A stretch of DNA of 64,000 nt, from positions 1,504,001-1,568,000 of the forward strand of contig CP182352.1 of NCBI GenBank assembly GCA_048571215.1. Reading direction: 5' to 3'. Under the pieces are notes generated by a model. It did not search any database. It was not told the DNA's origin and saw only the letters and a list, made by a program, of their open reading frames with translations. The stretch comes from Halarcobacter sp. Lineage in GTDB: Bacteria; Campylobacterota; Campylobacteria; Campylobacterales; Arcobacteraceae. Numbering within the stretch: position 1 is the stretch's first letter; each line of letters opens with the position of its first letter. Below, in pieces: positions 20,311 to 32,482 of this stretch. Position numbers and translations under genes: made by a program.

Positions 20311-22092
20311 ATGCGATTTATTTTTTTAATACTCCTTTATATGATAAATTTATCTGCAAATAGTATTTCAATAATTGAATCAAAATATTTTTTAGATAAA
20401 CAACACTCTTATACAACTGAAAATATTTATAAAAATAAAAATAAATTTACCCCTTATAATTATGAAAATGCAACTTTTGGTTTTAAAAAAGACACCATAT
20501 GGTTGTATTTTAAAGTTAAAAATAATACAAATATAAAACAAGAAAATTTAATAGAATTTTTATATAGACTTCACGACTATATCTATATAATGGAGTATAA
20601 AGATGGTCAAGTTATTGACCAATATTTAACAGGAGACTTAACAAAACATAATACTAGAAAAATAGATTCTAATGACTTACTTATTCCATACACATTAGAT
20701 AAAAATGAAACAAAAGAGTTTATCTTTAAAATAAATTCTGACAGTAACTTAAGTATTGGTCTAAATTTTTTATCAAAAAAACAATACTATGAAAACTCAA
20801 AACAAAATAGCATAGCTCTTGCTCTTTATTATGGAGCAACCTTAATTATGCTGTTTTATAACCTGTTCCTTTTTATAATGATAAAAGAAAAAGTATATTT
20901 ATATTATGTTCTTTTTCACTTAACTTTTGCCCTTGCACTATTAACATCAAATGGTATATCATTTACTTTATTTTGGCCTAATTTCCCACAGATAAACTCT
21001 TTTTTTATGCCTTTAATTTTTTCTTTAACAAATATATTTTCTGTATTATTTGCTATAGATTTCTTAGAAATAAAAAAATATAGTAAAAAAATACTCTATT
21101 ATTTATACTTTATTTTACTTATCCATATTATACTTTTACTTAATATTTTTATTGAAGGCTATTCTATTCTTGAAACAATGCTTAGTTTTTCTTTAATATC
21201 GGTGTTTTCATTATTTTTTATTGCTATTTATACCCTTATTAAATACAAAACTATTTCATCAAAGTTTTTTGTTATAGCTTGGAGTTTTTTATTATTTGGT
21301 TCTATCATAGAAGAATTACAAGGTCTGGGTATTATAAAAATGGGACCAATTTTATCTTATTCATCTCAAATTGGTGCATTCTTTGAGCTAACTTTATTAT
21401 CTTTTGCATTAGCATACAAATATAATATTGTATTCAACAAACTTCAAAAAACAGAATCAAACCTAAGAGTTTTAAATGCAAATTTGCAAGAAAAAGTTGA
21501 TGAAAAAACTAAAGATTTAAAATTATTAATAAAAGAGATGCACCATAGAGTAAAGAACAATTTTCAATTTATTCTTACTTTCCTTTGGGCCCAAAAAAAC
21601 TCCACTAAAGATGAAAACTCTTTAAAGGCAATAAATCAAACTACACAAAGAATCTATGCTATTTCATCTTTACATGAATTACTTAACATATCTACTACCA
21701 TCTCAATAGATATTAAATCATATATTGAAAATATGCTAAATTCATTTGTAGAACAAGATAAAAATATCACTTACGAAAAAAATATTGACAATATTACTCT
21801 TGATTATGATAAAACAGTTTCAATTGGACTTATTTTAAATGAACTAATTACAAATAGTAATAAGTATGCTTTTAAAGATATTAGTAATCCAACAATTAAA
21901 ATATTATTTTATAAAAAAAATGATATTTATATATTAGATTATTGTGACAATGGAATAGGTTTTGATAAGAAAATATTAAATAATAGTTTAGGCTTGGGTT
22001 TTGAGCTAATCTATGGTTTAGCAAAGAAGATTCATGCTGAAGTAAATTTAGATACCAAAAAAGGTACAAGATTTGAAATAAAATTTAAGTAA
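20311..22092 (+). CDS. 7TM-DISM sensor histidine kinase (DISMED2-like periplasmic domain, 7 TM, HisKA_2, HATPase)
   Basis: FGFKKDTIWLYF periplasmic motif, YYGATLIMLFYNLFLF TM start, H-box EMHHRVKNNFQ, NELITNSNKYAF, DNGIGF, GLG. Confidence 0.9.
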   Translation: MRFIFLILLYMINLSANSISIIESKYFLDKQHSYTTENIYKNKNKFTPYNYENATFGFKKDTIWLYFKVKNNTNIKQENLIEFLYRLHDYIYIMEYKDGQVIDQYLTGDLTKHNTRKIDSNDLLIPYTLDKNETKEFIFKINSDSNLSIGLNFLSKKQYYENSKQNSIALALYYGATLIMLFYNLFLFIMIKEKVYLYYVLFHLTFALALLTSNGISFTLFWPNFPQINSFFMPLIFSLTNIFSVLFAIDFLEIKKYSKKILYYLYFILLIHIILLLNIFIEGYSILETMLSFSLISVFSLFFIAIYTLIKYKTISSKFFVIAWSFLLFGSIIEELQGLGIIKMGPILSYSSQIGAFFELTLLSFALAYKYNIVFNKLQKTESNLRVLNANLQEKVDEKTKDLKLLIKEMHHRVKNNFQFILTFLWAQKNSTKDENSLKAINQTTQRIYAISSLHELLNISTTISIDIKSYIENMLNSFVEQDKNITYEKNIDNITLDYDKTVSIGLILNELITNSNKYAFKDISNPTIKILFYKKNDIYILDYCDNGIGFDKKILNNSLGLGFELIYGLAKKIHAEVNLDTKKGTRFEIKFK

Positions 22093-22100
22093 GGTGAGTT

Positions 22101-22793
22101 ATGGATAAAAAACTAAATGTTTTGATAGTGGAAGATGAACCATTAATCTCTATTTTCATAAAAAAAATAGTGATAAACATGGGAGCAAATATTATAGATA
22201 TTTGTGATAATTGTGATGATGCAATACAAGTTCTTAAAAATGAAAAACCAGACCTAATATTTATGGATATAAATTTAAATGGTCCAATAGATGGAATAAA
22301 TATAATTAGAAGTATAAATTTTTCCTATTCACCAACTATATATTTTGTAAGTGCTTATGGAGATAAAGATACAATAGAAGATGCTCTTTCTACAAACCCA
22401 TATAACTATTTAATAAAACCTATAAAAGAAGAGGATATCGAAATAGCTGTTACTCTAGCAAAAAAGAGATTTCTATACTCTTCTAAAAGTAAGGCTCAAA
22501 GTAACAATCAGTTTTTCAAATTTGATAATGAATATAAATGGGATAAGATAAATAATACTTTATTATACAAAGATGAGAAAGTTGATTTAACTAACTATGA
22601 AACATTACTTCTAAAATTACTTATAAAAAATCCTAATAAAACAGTCACTTATGAGGAAATTCACTATTATGTGTATGAAGATTCTGAATATAGTTTAAAT
22701 GCAATCTTCTCATTAATAAAAAGAATAAGAAAAAAAATTCCAAAAGATTTTATAAAAGCATCATATAAAAAAGGCTACAAACTTGGAATTTAA
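22101..22793 (+). CDS. Response regulator (intact receiver plus OmpR-type wHTH), cognate of the upstream kinase
   Basis: IVEDE, FMDINL, SAY, IKP all present; C-terminal wHTH; 8 nt after the kinase stop. Confidence 0.9.
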   Translation: MDKKLNVLIVEDEPLISIFIKKIVINMGANIIDICDNCDDAIQVLKNEKPDLIFMDINLNGPIDGINIIRSINFSYSPTIYFVSAYGDKDTIEDALSTNPYNYLIKPIKEEDIEIAVTLAKKRFLYSSKSKAQSNNQFFKFDNEYKWDKINNTLLYKDEKVDLTNYETLLLKLLIKNPNKTVTYEEIHYYVYEDSEYSLNAIFSLIKRIRKKIPKDFIKASYKKGYKLGI

Positions 22794-24141
22794 TAAATAT
22801 TTAAACAAAAATAAACTTAACTTGAAAATAACCACAACAAAAAAGTATTTGTCTACTATATTATATATAGGGTTTTTATTTAATCTAAATGCTGATGATA
22901 AATTTTCTATTTATCCAAAAATTGATTTATTTATTAATTACGAATCACAAAACCTTGACTATAGTCCATTAGGACAGGTGGTAAATGGCATTCAAAAAAA
23001 CAATTTTTCAAACTCAATTATTGGCGCTGAGATTGGATTTGATATCAATTATAATAATTTTGATCTAGTTATTCAAGGAAGCGGTATCTCAAGTTTGAAT
23101 AATCTGTCAAACAATAATCTAAAAATAGACTCTACTTATTTTGACAATAACAACAAAGATTTTTTTTATCTTTCAAACTTATATCTACAAAAAAATATAG
23201 ACAATTTTAACTTTAAACTTGGAAGACAAGAATATAATAATCAATTAGTAAATAGAAATAAAAAAATTATATCAAATCAATATGAAGGTATCTATTTTGA
23301 TTATGAAAAAGATAATTTTAAAATTGATTCAATGTATTTTAAAAAAGTTGCAGCATCAAGCATATCAAATGTAGTTCCATTTAATCATGATTATGGAGTA
23401 TTAGGATATGGAAAAGGTTATAATATTGGAAAATTTGTCTCTGTTTCAAAATATATTTCAAATAAAGAATACAATACTAATGGTGCACTTATCACTAATT
23501 TAACATATGGAAATGAACGCAATAATATAAATATACAAAACCTCTATGCAGATGATTTTTTCAATACTACAAATCTAAACCTAACACTTTCTAAAGAGTT
23601 TAATGATTTAGTTTTAAGTTCAAAACTTGGATTTATAAAACAAGTTGACGTAGGTGAAAACTATCTAGCAAAAGATTATGGCAATAAAAAGATTGATGGT
23701 AAAATGTATCAAGGTAGTTTAAATTTTGAATATAAAAATTTCTTTGGATCATATACTCATGTTAAAACACCTTATAATACAAATGCTGTATTAAATGGAA
23801 CTCTTATATCCCCTTTTTCTAACAAATTAAGTTGGATTTATGGTCCACAAACTTCACACTCATTTATCGCAGATACAGTTTCAAATCAATTTATACTTGG
23901 TACTGGATTAATGGTTTTTGATATACCATCTCTTCTAATGATTGCAAAAATAGATTATGAAATAGACAAAAATAATATTAATTCAGGACTTACTCTTCAT
24001 ACTAGAGAAAACTACTTATATTTTGAATCTTATATTTCAGATTCTTTAACCTATACAATTCAATATTCTGATGCTAAAAATATAGATTTATTAACAAAAA
24101 GAAATAAAAATTTAAGAACATTCATAAACTATAAATTTTGA
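22783..24141 (+). CDS. Outer-membrane beta-barrel protein, OprD/Opr-porin-like
   Basis: Signal-peptide-like segment ending LNA, FKLGRQ motif, terminal LRTFINYKF; start uncertain (TTG 22783 or 22822). Confidence 0.65.
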   Translation: MEFNKYLNKNKLNLKITTTKKYLSTILYIGFLFNLNADDKFSIYPKIDLFINYESQNLDYSPLGQVVNGIQKNNFSNSIIGAEIGFDINYNNFDLVIQGSGISSLNNLSNNNLKIDSTYFDNNNKDFFYLSNLYLQKNIDNFNFKLGRQEYNNQLVNRNKKIISNQYEGIYFDYEKDNFKIDSMYFKKVAASSISNVVPFNHDYGVLGYGKGYNIGKFVSVSKYISNKEYNTNGALITNLTYGNERNNINIQNLYADDFFNTTNLNLTLSKEFNDLVLSSKLGFIKQVDVGENYLAKDYGNKKIDGKMYQGSLNFEYKNFFGSYTHVKTPYNTNAVLNGTLISPFSNKLSWIYGPQTSHSFIADTVSNQFILGTGLMVFDIPSLLMIAKIDYEIDKNNINSGLTLHTRENYLYFESYISDSLTYTIQYSDAKNIDLLTKRNKNLRTFINYKF

Positions 24142-24178
24142 TAAGTCTAAGTTAATAATAAACTAACAGTTACAAAGA

Positions 24179-24219
24179 CTTAGTATATTTTCCATAATCA
24201 TATTAAAAAATATACTAAG
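24179..24219. terminator. Inverted repeat, possible bidirectional terminator
   Basis: CTTAGTATATTTT-15 nt-AAAATATACTAAG between convergent genes. Confidence 0.45.
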
Positions 24220-24266
24220 CTTAAGATAAATCTTATTCGATTTTTAGTTCTTGAATTTTCACACTA

Positions 24267-24737
24267 TTATAAAAACACATATTTATGTTTTGCTTTTACT
24301 TTTTTGTGACAAGCAGGTTTATCATTATTACAAGCTCCATGATCATGATTATGTTCATGACTTTTACAAGAAGAACTATCTTTTTTATCTTCATGCTCTT
24401 TAATTATGTTTAATAATTCTTCATTAGATAACTCTTTTAAACTATTATTATCAAAAGCTTCAATAAGTGCACTTGTAGTTATTCTACCCTCACCAGCATA
24501 TAAAACTTTCATATTAGTTTGGGTAACTTTATTAAAAGGTTTAGAACCCATCTCTTGTATAACAATTTTTTCTACACCCTTTTGTAAAAACCAACTAATT
24601 AGTTGAGAACCCTTTTCGTATGGATTTTTTTCAACCTTTAACTCTTTACCATCATAAAAAGCAAAATATTTTGCTTTTCCAAATAAAGGTGAAATTGCTG
24701 CATCCTCTTTATTTGTTTTTAGTGGAAATGTAATCAT
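24267..24737 (-). CDS. NifB/NifX-family Fe-Mo cofactor-binding-like protein with His/Cys-rich tail
   Basis: ISPLFGKAKYFAFYD, MGSKPF; tail CKSHEHNHDHGAC. Confidence 0.75.
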   Translation of the reverse strand: MITFPLKTNKEDAAISPLFGKAKYFAFYDGKELKVEKNPYEKGSQLISWFLQKGVEKIVIQEMGSKPFNKVTQTNMKVLYAGEGRITTSALIEAFDNNSLKELSNEELLNIIKEHEDKKDSSSCKSHEHNHDHGACNNDKPACHKKVKAKHKYVFL

Positions 24738-24886
24738 CTTTTTTCCTTATTTTTATTATTTAACTAATTTAGCATATCTTATTATTTGATTTAGTTATAA
24801 TAAATTCATAAGTATTTATTATTTTAGAATTATACATCTTTATTGTTAAGTAAATATTAATTTAAATATAAGTGTATCTTATATAA

Positions 24887-27847
24887 CTACATTTTTCTTG
24901 TTAATTTTGTATTTACAACAGCAATATCATTTAAAGAACTAAAGATTTTACCAGTAGCATATTCTATCTCTTGAGCTACATCTTTTAGCTTATTATTATC
25001 TACTTTTTTACTATTTAAATCCATATATTCTTGTATTTTGTTATGTACGTGTTCATGTCTTTCTTTAAGAAGTTTCCATTCTGGAAAACTAACAAACTCT
25101 CGCTTTTTATTTTCACATAACTCAATCCACTTGCCAAGATTACACAATTTATAATCAGTTACAGTACATTGTTCAAAACTTCCTAATTTACTAAAATGTT
25201 TTTTCTTGAAATTAATATGATCATTTTTATATTTAGATATCTCTTGAATCAAATCCACATCATCCACCATAAGATAATATTTTTCATTTATTTGTGCTTT
25301 TTGTGTAATTCCAATCAATCTAGTTGAGAGTTTAGCAACCTCTTTTGAAAGTGAATCTATATTTGAAGAGGTTTGTGCATTTTTTTGTGTCATTCTATCT
25401 AAAGAAACAATAGCTTCATTTATTTGTATCATTCCATGCTCTTGCTCTTTTATTGCAGTTGACACATTATCTATTATATTTTTTGTATCAATTATTTTTG
25501 AAGATAAATCCTCATAACCTTTTATCATATTTGTTGCAATCAACTTACCTTCATTTGATTTGGAAGTAGCATCTCCAACAAGTTTTTTTATACTATTTGC
25601 TGCATCAGCTGAACGATTTGCCAAGTTTCTAACCTCTTGAGCAACTACAGCAAAACCTTTCCCAGCCTCCCCTGCAGTTGCAGCCTCAACAGCTGCATTA
25701 AGTGATAATATATTTGTTTGAAAGGCAATTTGATCAATCACAGAAATAGCTTCACTAATTGCAGTGACCTTATCATTTATCTGCTCCATAGATTCCACTG
25801 TTTGTTGGGCTTCTTTATTTCCTGTTTTGGCACTAGCATTTAAGCCATCTGCGATATTTAACATCTTTGATACATCATCAGAACTTGATTTCATATTATT
25901 TGTTATTTGTTCTATAGAGGCTGCTGTTTCTTCTAAAGATGTAGCTTGTTCATTTGAACTATTTGATAAGGCTTGAGAAGATGTTGTTAAGATATCAGTA
26001 TTTGATTCTAACTCTTTTCCAGCATTCGTAATCATTGCAATTAGCTGAGAAATAGATTGTCCTAATAAAGTTGAGCCAGCAGACAAACTTCCAAAATCTC
26101 CATACAATCCAATTTTCTCCTCAGCAGTTAACCTAAAATTGTATTTACCTACAGCATAATTATCTAATACTTTATTTATATTATCAACTTTTTGTTTTGT
26201 CTGTATAATCATTTTATTTATAATCTCTCTTAATGACTCAACTTCATGTGTTGCTGCTTTTTGATTGATACTATATTCTAAAAATCCATTTGATACTTTT
26301 TCAACAACATCTGTAATCTCAGCAACAACTTTTTTATCTTGTTCAATAAAGCTTTTTACTTTTTTCATTTTTTGATTCATATGTTGATTCATTTGTGCAA
26401 ATTCATCACTTCCAATAACTTCTATCTCTTTGTAATCCTCTTTTTCCCTAATAACATATTCAAATGAATATTCTAGCCCCTCTTTAAATAAAGCCAATGA
26501 TGAAACTATTTTCTTAGTAATAATACTACTTACAATAAATAAAAGAGCTATAATTAACAATACAATTAAAGAAGTTATAATAAAACTACTATTTAAATCA
26601 TTAGTTTTATTGTTTATATATTGTTTTATCCCATTTGAAAATTTTTGTTCATAATCTTTAAAAAATACTATTCTATTAGTAGATACTTCAAACCATCTGT
26701 TATAATTAGCTCCGTAAATATTGTCGTTCAAATTTTTTATAGCTTTTATAGCTTCACTACTATCAACAGACGTAGCAAGTTCAATCTTTTCAATTGAATC
26801 TTTATTTGCTTTCATATCCATAATATCAACCGCATTTCCCATATACTCATCAAAAATATTTTTTATTTTTTTAACAAATTTTTTTTCCTCTTTTGTAATC
26901 CCTTTCATTCTTCTATATTTATTTAATTCTCTTGTAATACTTGAATGGTACCTTTGGATTTTATTTACCATTTTATCATCAGATTTTAAAATGTACTCAT
27001 TGTAACGATGTATTAAACCCCCAAATCCTGCTAGACTAATCACCTTTGATATAATCTCATTTTTTTTGGCTTTATCAATTAATATTTTACGAAATCTTTC
27101 TACTTCAAAACAATCTTGACAATTTTTTAATTGTTTTTCAAAACTTTTCAACTCATTTTCATCTAAAATTTTTTTAAATAGATTTAAGTGGGTTTCTTGT
27201 GTTGCAATACTAGCACCAAATTTTGAATAATCATCATATGATAAAATACCTTTTTCAAAAACACTTCTTAATAACCTTCTCTCTATTGAAGAAGCTTCCA
27301 CTACATCAACTATACTTTGATATGCTTGAATTTTTTTTGATAATACCCCATCATTACTATAAGTTAATAGATCATCTAAAAAAAATAGTAACTTATTATC
27401 TAATTGCAAATAAAAATCTAAAATTTCATTATCACTTAAAGAGATTTGGTCTATTTTTTCCCTTATATTTTTCAAGTTTTTAAAATCTTTTTTTATATTT
27501 TCAATTTTTTTTGTAACATCTTTTGAATATGAATTTGAATCAAACCCCAATAAAAACTTCTGTATTTTCTTTATATTTTCATTAGTTATATCTCTATTTT
27601 TTGTTAGTTCATTTGTATTTAATTTACCATAGCTATCAACAAAAAGTAAGCTATACTCCCTCTCATCTTGTAGTGAATTTAAAAGTTTTGTAGATAACAA
27701 TGAGAGTTCCAAATAGTTTTTTGTTATCTCTATAGATCTTTTCTCTTCTAGTTTTTTAATCAAGGTTTCCCCTGAAAAAAACAAAATTGCTAAAATTGGT
27801 AAAGCTAAAATAATAATAATTTTATTTTTTAGTGATAGCTTATGCAT
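24887..27847 (-). CDS. Methyl-accepting chemotaxis protein with NIT-like sensor and C-terminal CZB-like domain
   Basis: Two TM segments, LQDERExS and WFEVSTNRI (NIT-like), IAFQTNILSLNAAVEAATAGEAGKGFAVVAQEVRNLA, H...CNLGKW...HEHVH. Confidence 0.9.
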   Translation of the reverse strand: MHKLSLKNKIIIILALPILAILFFSGETLIKKLEEKRSIEITKNYLELSLLSTKLLNSLQDEREYSLLFVDSYGKLNTNELTKNRDITNENIKKIQKFLLGFDSNSYSKDVTKKIENIKKDFKNLKNIREKIDQISLSDNEILDFYLQLDNKLLFFLDDLLTYSNDGVLSKKIQAYQSIVDVVEASSIERRLLRSVFEKGILSYDDYSKFGASIATQETHLNLFKKILDENELKSFEKQLKNCQDCFEVERFRKILIDKAKKNEIISKVISLAGFGGLIHRYNEYILKSDDKMVNKIQRYHSSITRELNKYRRMKGITKEEKKFVKKIKNIFDEYMGNAVDIMDMKANKDSIEKIELATSVDSSEAIKAIKNLNDNIYGANYNRWFEVSTNRIVFFKDYEQKFSNGIKQYINNKTNDLNSSFIITSLIVLLIIALLFIVSSIITKKIVSSLALFKEGLEYSFEYVIREKEDYKEIEVIGSDEFAQMNQHMNQKMKKVKSFIEQDKKVVAEITDVVEKVSNGFLEYSINQKAATHEVESLREIINKMIIQTKQKVDNINKVLDNYAVGKYNFRLTAEEKIGLYGDFGSLSAGSTLLGQSISQLIAMITNAGKELESNTDILTTSSQALSNSSNEQATSLEETAASIEQITNNMKSSSDDVSKMLNIADGLNASAKTGNKEAQQTVESMEQINDKVTAISEAISVIDQIAFQTNILSLNAAVEAATAGEAGKGFAVVAQEVRNLANRSADAANSIKKLVGDATSKSNEGKLIATNMIKGYEDLSSKIIDTKNIIDNVSTAIKEQEHGMIQINEAIVSLDRMTQKNAQTSSNIDSLSKEVAKLSTRLIGITQKAQINEKYYLMVDDVDLIQEISKYKNDHINFKKKHFSKLGSFEQCTVTDYKLCNLGKWIELCENKKREFVSFPEWKLLKERHEHVHNKIQEYMDLNSKKVDNNKLKDVAQEIEYATGKIFSSLNDIAVVNTKLTRKM

Positions 27848-27939
27848 TTGTCCTCCAAATATATTATACTGGGAGAAACAGTAACATACTAATATTACAC
27901 AATGATTACAAGTTATATAAAATAATTATTACAAATAAG

Positions 27940-28695
27940 CTAAAATAGTGTTTTTATTGAATTTAAAAGAGATATACTGTTTGCTAAATAACTTTTTCCA
28001 AATAGATTATAGTGATTTAAAAAGTGGTAAAGATTATAAATATTTTTTTTCTTTTCATACTCATAACTCAAAGGATACTCTTGATTATAGGCAGAATAAA
28101 ACTCTTTATTAAAGCCACCAAACATCTCACTCATAGCAATATCAACTTCTCTATCACCATAATAAACAGCAGGGTCAATCAAAAATATCTCATCTTTACT
28201 AAAAAGTACATTTCCACTCCACAAATCTCCATGAACTAAAGATGGATGTTTTGTAGTGGCATTTAAAAACTTAATTAAATATGGTTTAATATTTATCAAA
28301 CTTTCTAGAAACTCTTCTTTTATAGGTTTCTCTTTTATAAGATTTATTTGAAAAAGTAGTCTATAGTTATAAAAAAACTCACCCCAGTTTTCACTTAATA
28401 TATTTTTTTGTTTTGATAAACCAATATAATTATCTTCATCAAAACCAAAACTATTTTGTTTTATTTTATGGAGTTTTGCTAAGATTATACCTAGCTGTTT
28501 TTGTTGATTATTTGAACTAAAACTTTGATTTACCTTTTCCATTTTTATGAAACTTTTATCATAAGTTATTATCTTTGGAGTTCTTATAATAGTGTTTTCA
28601 AGTTTATTTAGATTTTCTTGAATAAGTTTTAAACCCTTTATCTCTTTTAGTAAAGAATCATTATCTAGTGGATTTTCTTTTATAAAAATAGACAT
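27940..28695 (-). CDS. Fructosamine kinase family protein
   Basis: PSLVHGDLWSGN, IDPAVYYGDREVDIAM, LYHFLNHYNLFG. Confidence 0.9.
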   Translation of the reverse strand: MSIFIKENPLDNDSLLKEIKGLKLIQENLNKLENTIIRTPKIITYDKSFIKMEKVNQSFSSNNQQKQLGIILAKLHKIKQNSFGFDEDNYIGLSKQKNILSENWGEFFYNYRLLFQINLIKEKPIKEEFLESLINIKPYLIKFLNATTKHPSLVHGDLWSGNVLFSKDEIFLIDPAVYYGDREVDIAMSEMFGGFNKEFYSAYNQEYPLSYEYEKKKNIYNLYHFLNHYNLFGKSYLANSISLLNSIKTLF

Positions 28696-28697
28696 AG

Positions 28698-29045
28698 CTA
28701 TTTTAATCTATTTTTGGCAAGCTCTATATCACATTGATATTTATATATCATGTAATCAAACATAGAAGTACCTCTATTTTTATTAAAAAATGAGTACATT
28801 TCTAAAAGTCTATAAGACATTCTAAAAAAAGCAGTAAACGGGATAAAATATGTTGCAATTGTTTCATATTTTCTATAAGGATAATATTTGTCAAACTCAT
28901 TTTTTAAACTAGTAAGAACTCTATTTTCATCATGTAATTGCTCTTTTGTTTTTGTAGACATGGTCTTTAAAGCTAATAAAAAATTCAAAAAAAACATCAC
29001 TAAATTTAAATTCCAACCTATTATAAATATCTCTTCGTAACTCAT
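28698..29045 (-). CDS. Hypothetical membrane protein
   Basis: 115 aa ORF with RBS GGAGG and N-terminal hydrophobic helix. Confidence 0.7.
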   Translation of the reverse strand: MSYEEIFIIGWNLNLVMFFLNFLLALKTMSTKTKEQLHDENRVLTSLKNEFDKYYPYRKYETIATYFIPFTAFFRMSYRLLEMYSFFNKNRGTSMFDYMIYKYQCDIELAKNRLK

Positions 29046-29106
29046 ATACCCTCCAAATAAAATATTATAGCAAATTTAAGTATAATATTTTTTTTAAAGG
29101 ACAAAA

Positions 29107-29805
29107 ATGAAACTACTTGAAGAGAATATTACACAAACTATAGATGAAATTTATCTATTAGAAACTTTAAACTTAGACAATAAAACAATCTTAGAACTTG
29201 GCTGCGGTGGTGCAGCTATGACAAAAAAAATTGCAAACAACGGTCAAAATAGAAAAATAATAGCTTGTGAAGTTGATGAGATACAACATAAAAAAAACCT
29301 AAAACTAAATATAAAAAATATAAAATTTGAAGATTATCCAGCAGAAGATATAAAGCTTGAAGATAATTCAATCGATATGGTTTTAATGTTTAAATCTTTT
29401 CATCATATCCCTGAAGAAAATATGACAAAAGCCTTAGCTGAAATCAAAAGAGTTTTAAAACCAAATGGATTGGCATATATTAGTGAACCTCTTTATCAAG
29501 GGGAACAAAATGCTTTAATATCTATTTTTCATGAAGAAAAACATGAAAGAGAAGTAGCTTTTGAACATATTAAAAAAGCAGTAGATAATGAGATGTTTAA
29601 ACTCTTTAAAGAAGTTTTTTTTCAAACACCAATTACATATGAAAATTTTGATGATTTTAAAACTAAACAGATGGATGTAACACATCTTGATAATGTTTAT
29701 TCAAAACAATTAGTTCAAAAAGTAAAAGAGAAATATGAGAGTTACTCAAAGGGTAAACATACATTTTTAAAACCATTTAGAGTTGATATATTACAAAAGG
29801 TATAA
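29107..29805 (+). CDS. Class I SAM-dependent methyltransferase
   Basis: ILELGCGGA motif I, SFHHIP, RVLKPNG. Confidence 0.88.
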   Translation: MKLLEENITQTIDEIYLLETLNLDNKTILELGCGGAAMTKKIANNGQNRKIIACEVDEIQHKKNLKLNIKNIKFEDYPAEDIKLEDNSIDMVLMFKSFHHIPEENMTKALAEIKRVLKPNGLAYISEPLYQGEQNALISIFHEEKHEREVAFEHIKKAVDNEMFKLFKEVFFQTPITYENFDDFKTKQMDVTHLDNVYSKQLVQKVKEKYESYSKGKHTFLKPFRVDILQKV

Positions 29806-31758
<1,953 letters not shown>

Positions 31759-31950
31759 CCCAATTCATTTACAATTGAATAAAAAATATACTATTTGTTA
31801 TAAATATACTCATCTACAAATAGGCTCTTTTTTATAAAAATGTTACCATTTTATATACTTTTTATATATTATAAGCCAATTTAATAAATTAACTTAATTT
31901 TTTCTATTAATTATTTTATAATAAATCCTATAAATAAATAAAAGGGAAGA

Positions 31951-32430
31951 ATGACAATGAGTAATGAAATACAAAGGGAAAAGTCACTAACTATGACAAT
32001 GTTAATGACTCCTGATAAAGCAAACTTTTCAGGTAAAAATGTACATGGTGGGGAAATCTTAAAAATGTTAGACCATGTAGCTTACGCTTGTGCGGCAAGA
32101 TATACAGGCATGTATGCAGTTACTTTATCTGTTGATATGGTATTATTTAAAAATCCAATAAAAATTGGTTCACTAGTAACTTTTCATGCTTCAGTGAACT
32201 ATACGGGTAGAACTTCAATGGAGATAGGGATTAAAGTAATCTCAGAAGATATAAAAGACCATACATTAAAAAATACAAATGTATGTTACTTTACAATGAT
32301 TGCTATGGATGAAAATGGTAAAACAACTCCTGTTCCAAAACTAGAACCTAAAACTGAAGATGAGAAAAGAAGATATAATGATGCAATTTTAAGAAGAGAA
32401 TCTAGAATGGCATCAAGACACTCTAAATAA
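31951..32430 (+). CDS. Acyl-CoA thioesterase (HotDog fold)
   Basis: ANFSGKNVHGGEILKMLD, VNYTGRTSMEIG. Confidence 0.9.
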   Translation: MTMSNEIQREKSLTMTMLMTPDKANFSGKNVHGGEILKMLDHVAYACAARYTGMYAVTLSVDMVLFKNPIKIGSLVTFHASVNYTGRTSMEIGIKVISEDIKDHTLKNTNVCYFTMIAMDENGKTTPVPKLEPKTEDEKRRYNDAILRRESRMASRHSK

Positions 32431-32448
32431 TAAACCATTTTAATAATT

Positions 32449-32482
32449 AAAAAAGGTAGAAGTCTTTACTTCTACCTTTTTT
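32449..32482. terminator. Bidirectional Rho-independent terminator
   Basis: AAAAAAGGTAGAAGT-cttt-ACTTCTACCTTTTTT between convergent genes. Confidence 0.85.

Noticed and set aside
24161..24182. AACTAACA as a fifth copy of the lipid-cluster promoter motif
   Set aside because: Lacks TAC at the conserved offset and lies between convergent genes
27940..28695. Fructosamine kinase as an N-terminally truncated pseudogene
   Set aside because: It looks short, but catalytic motifs are intact, it starts 2 nt after the upstream stop, and I found no displaced N-terminal fragment
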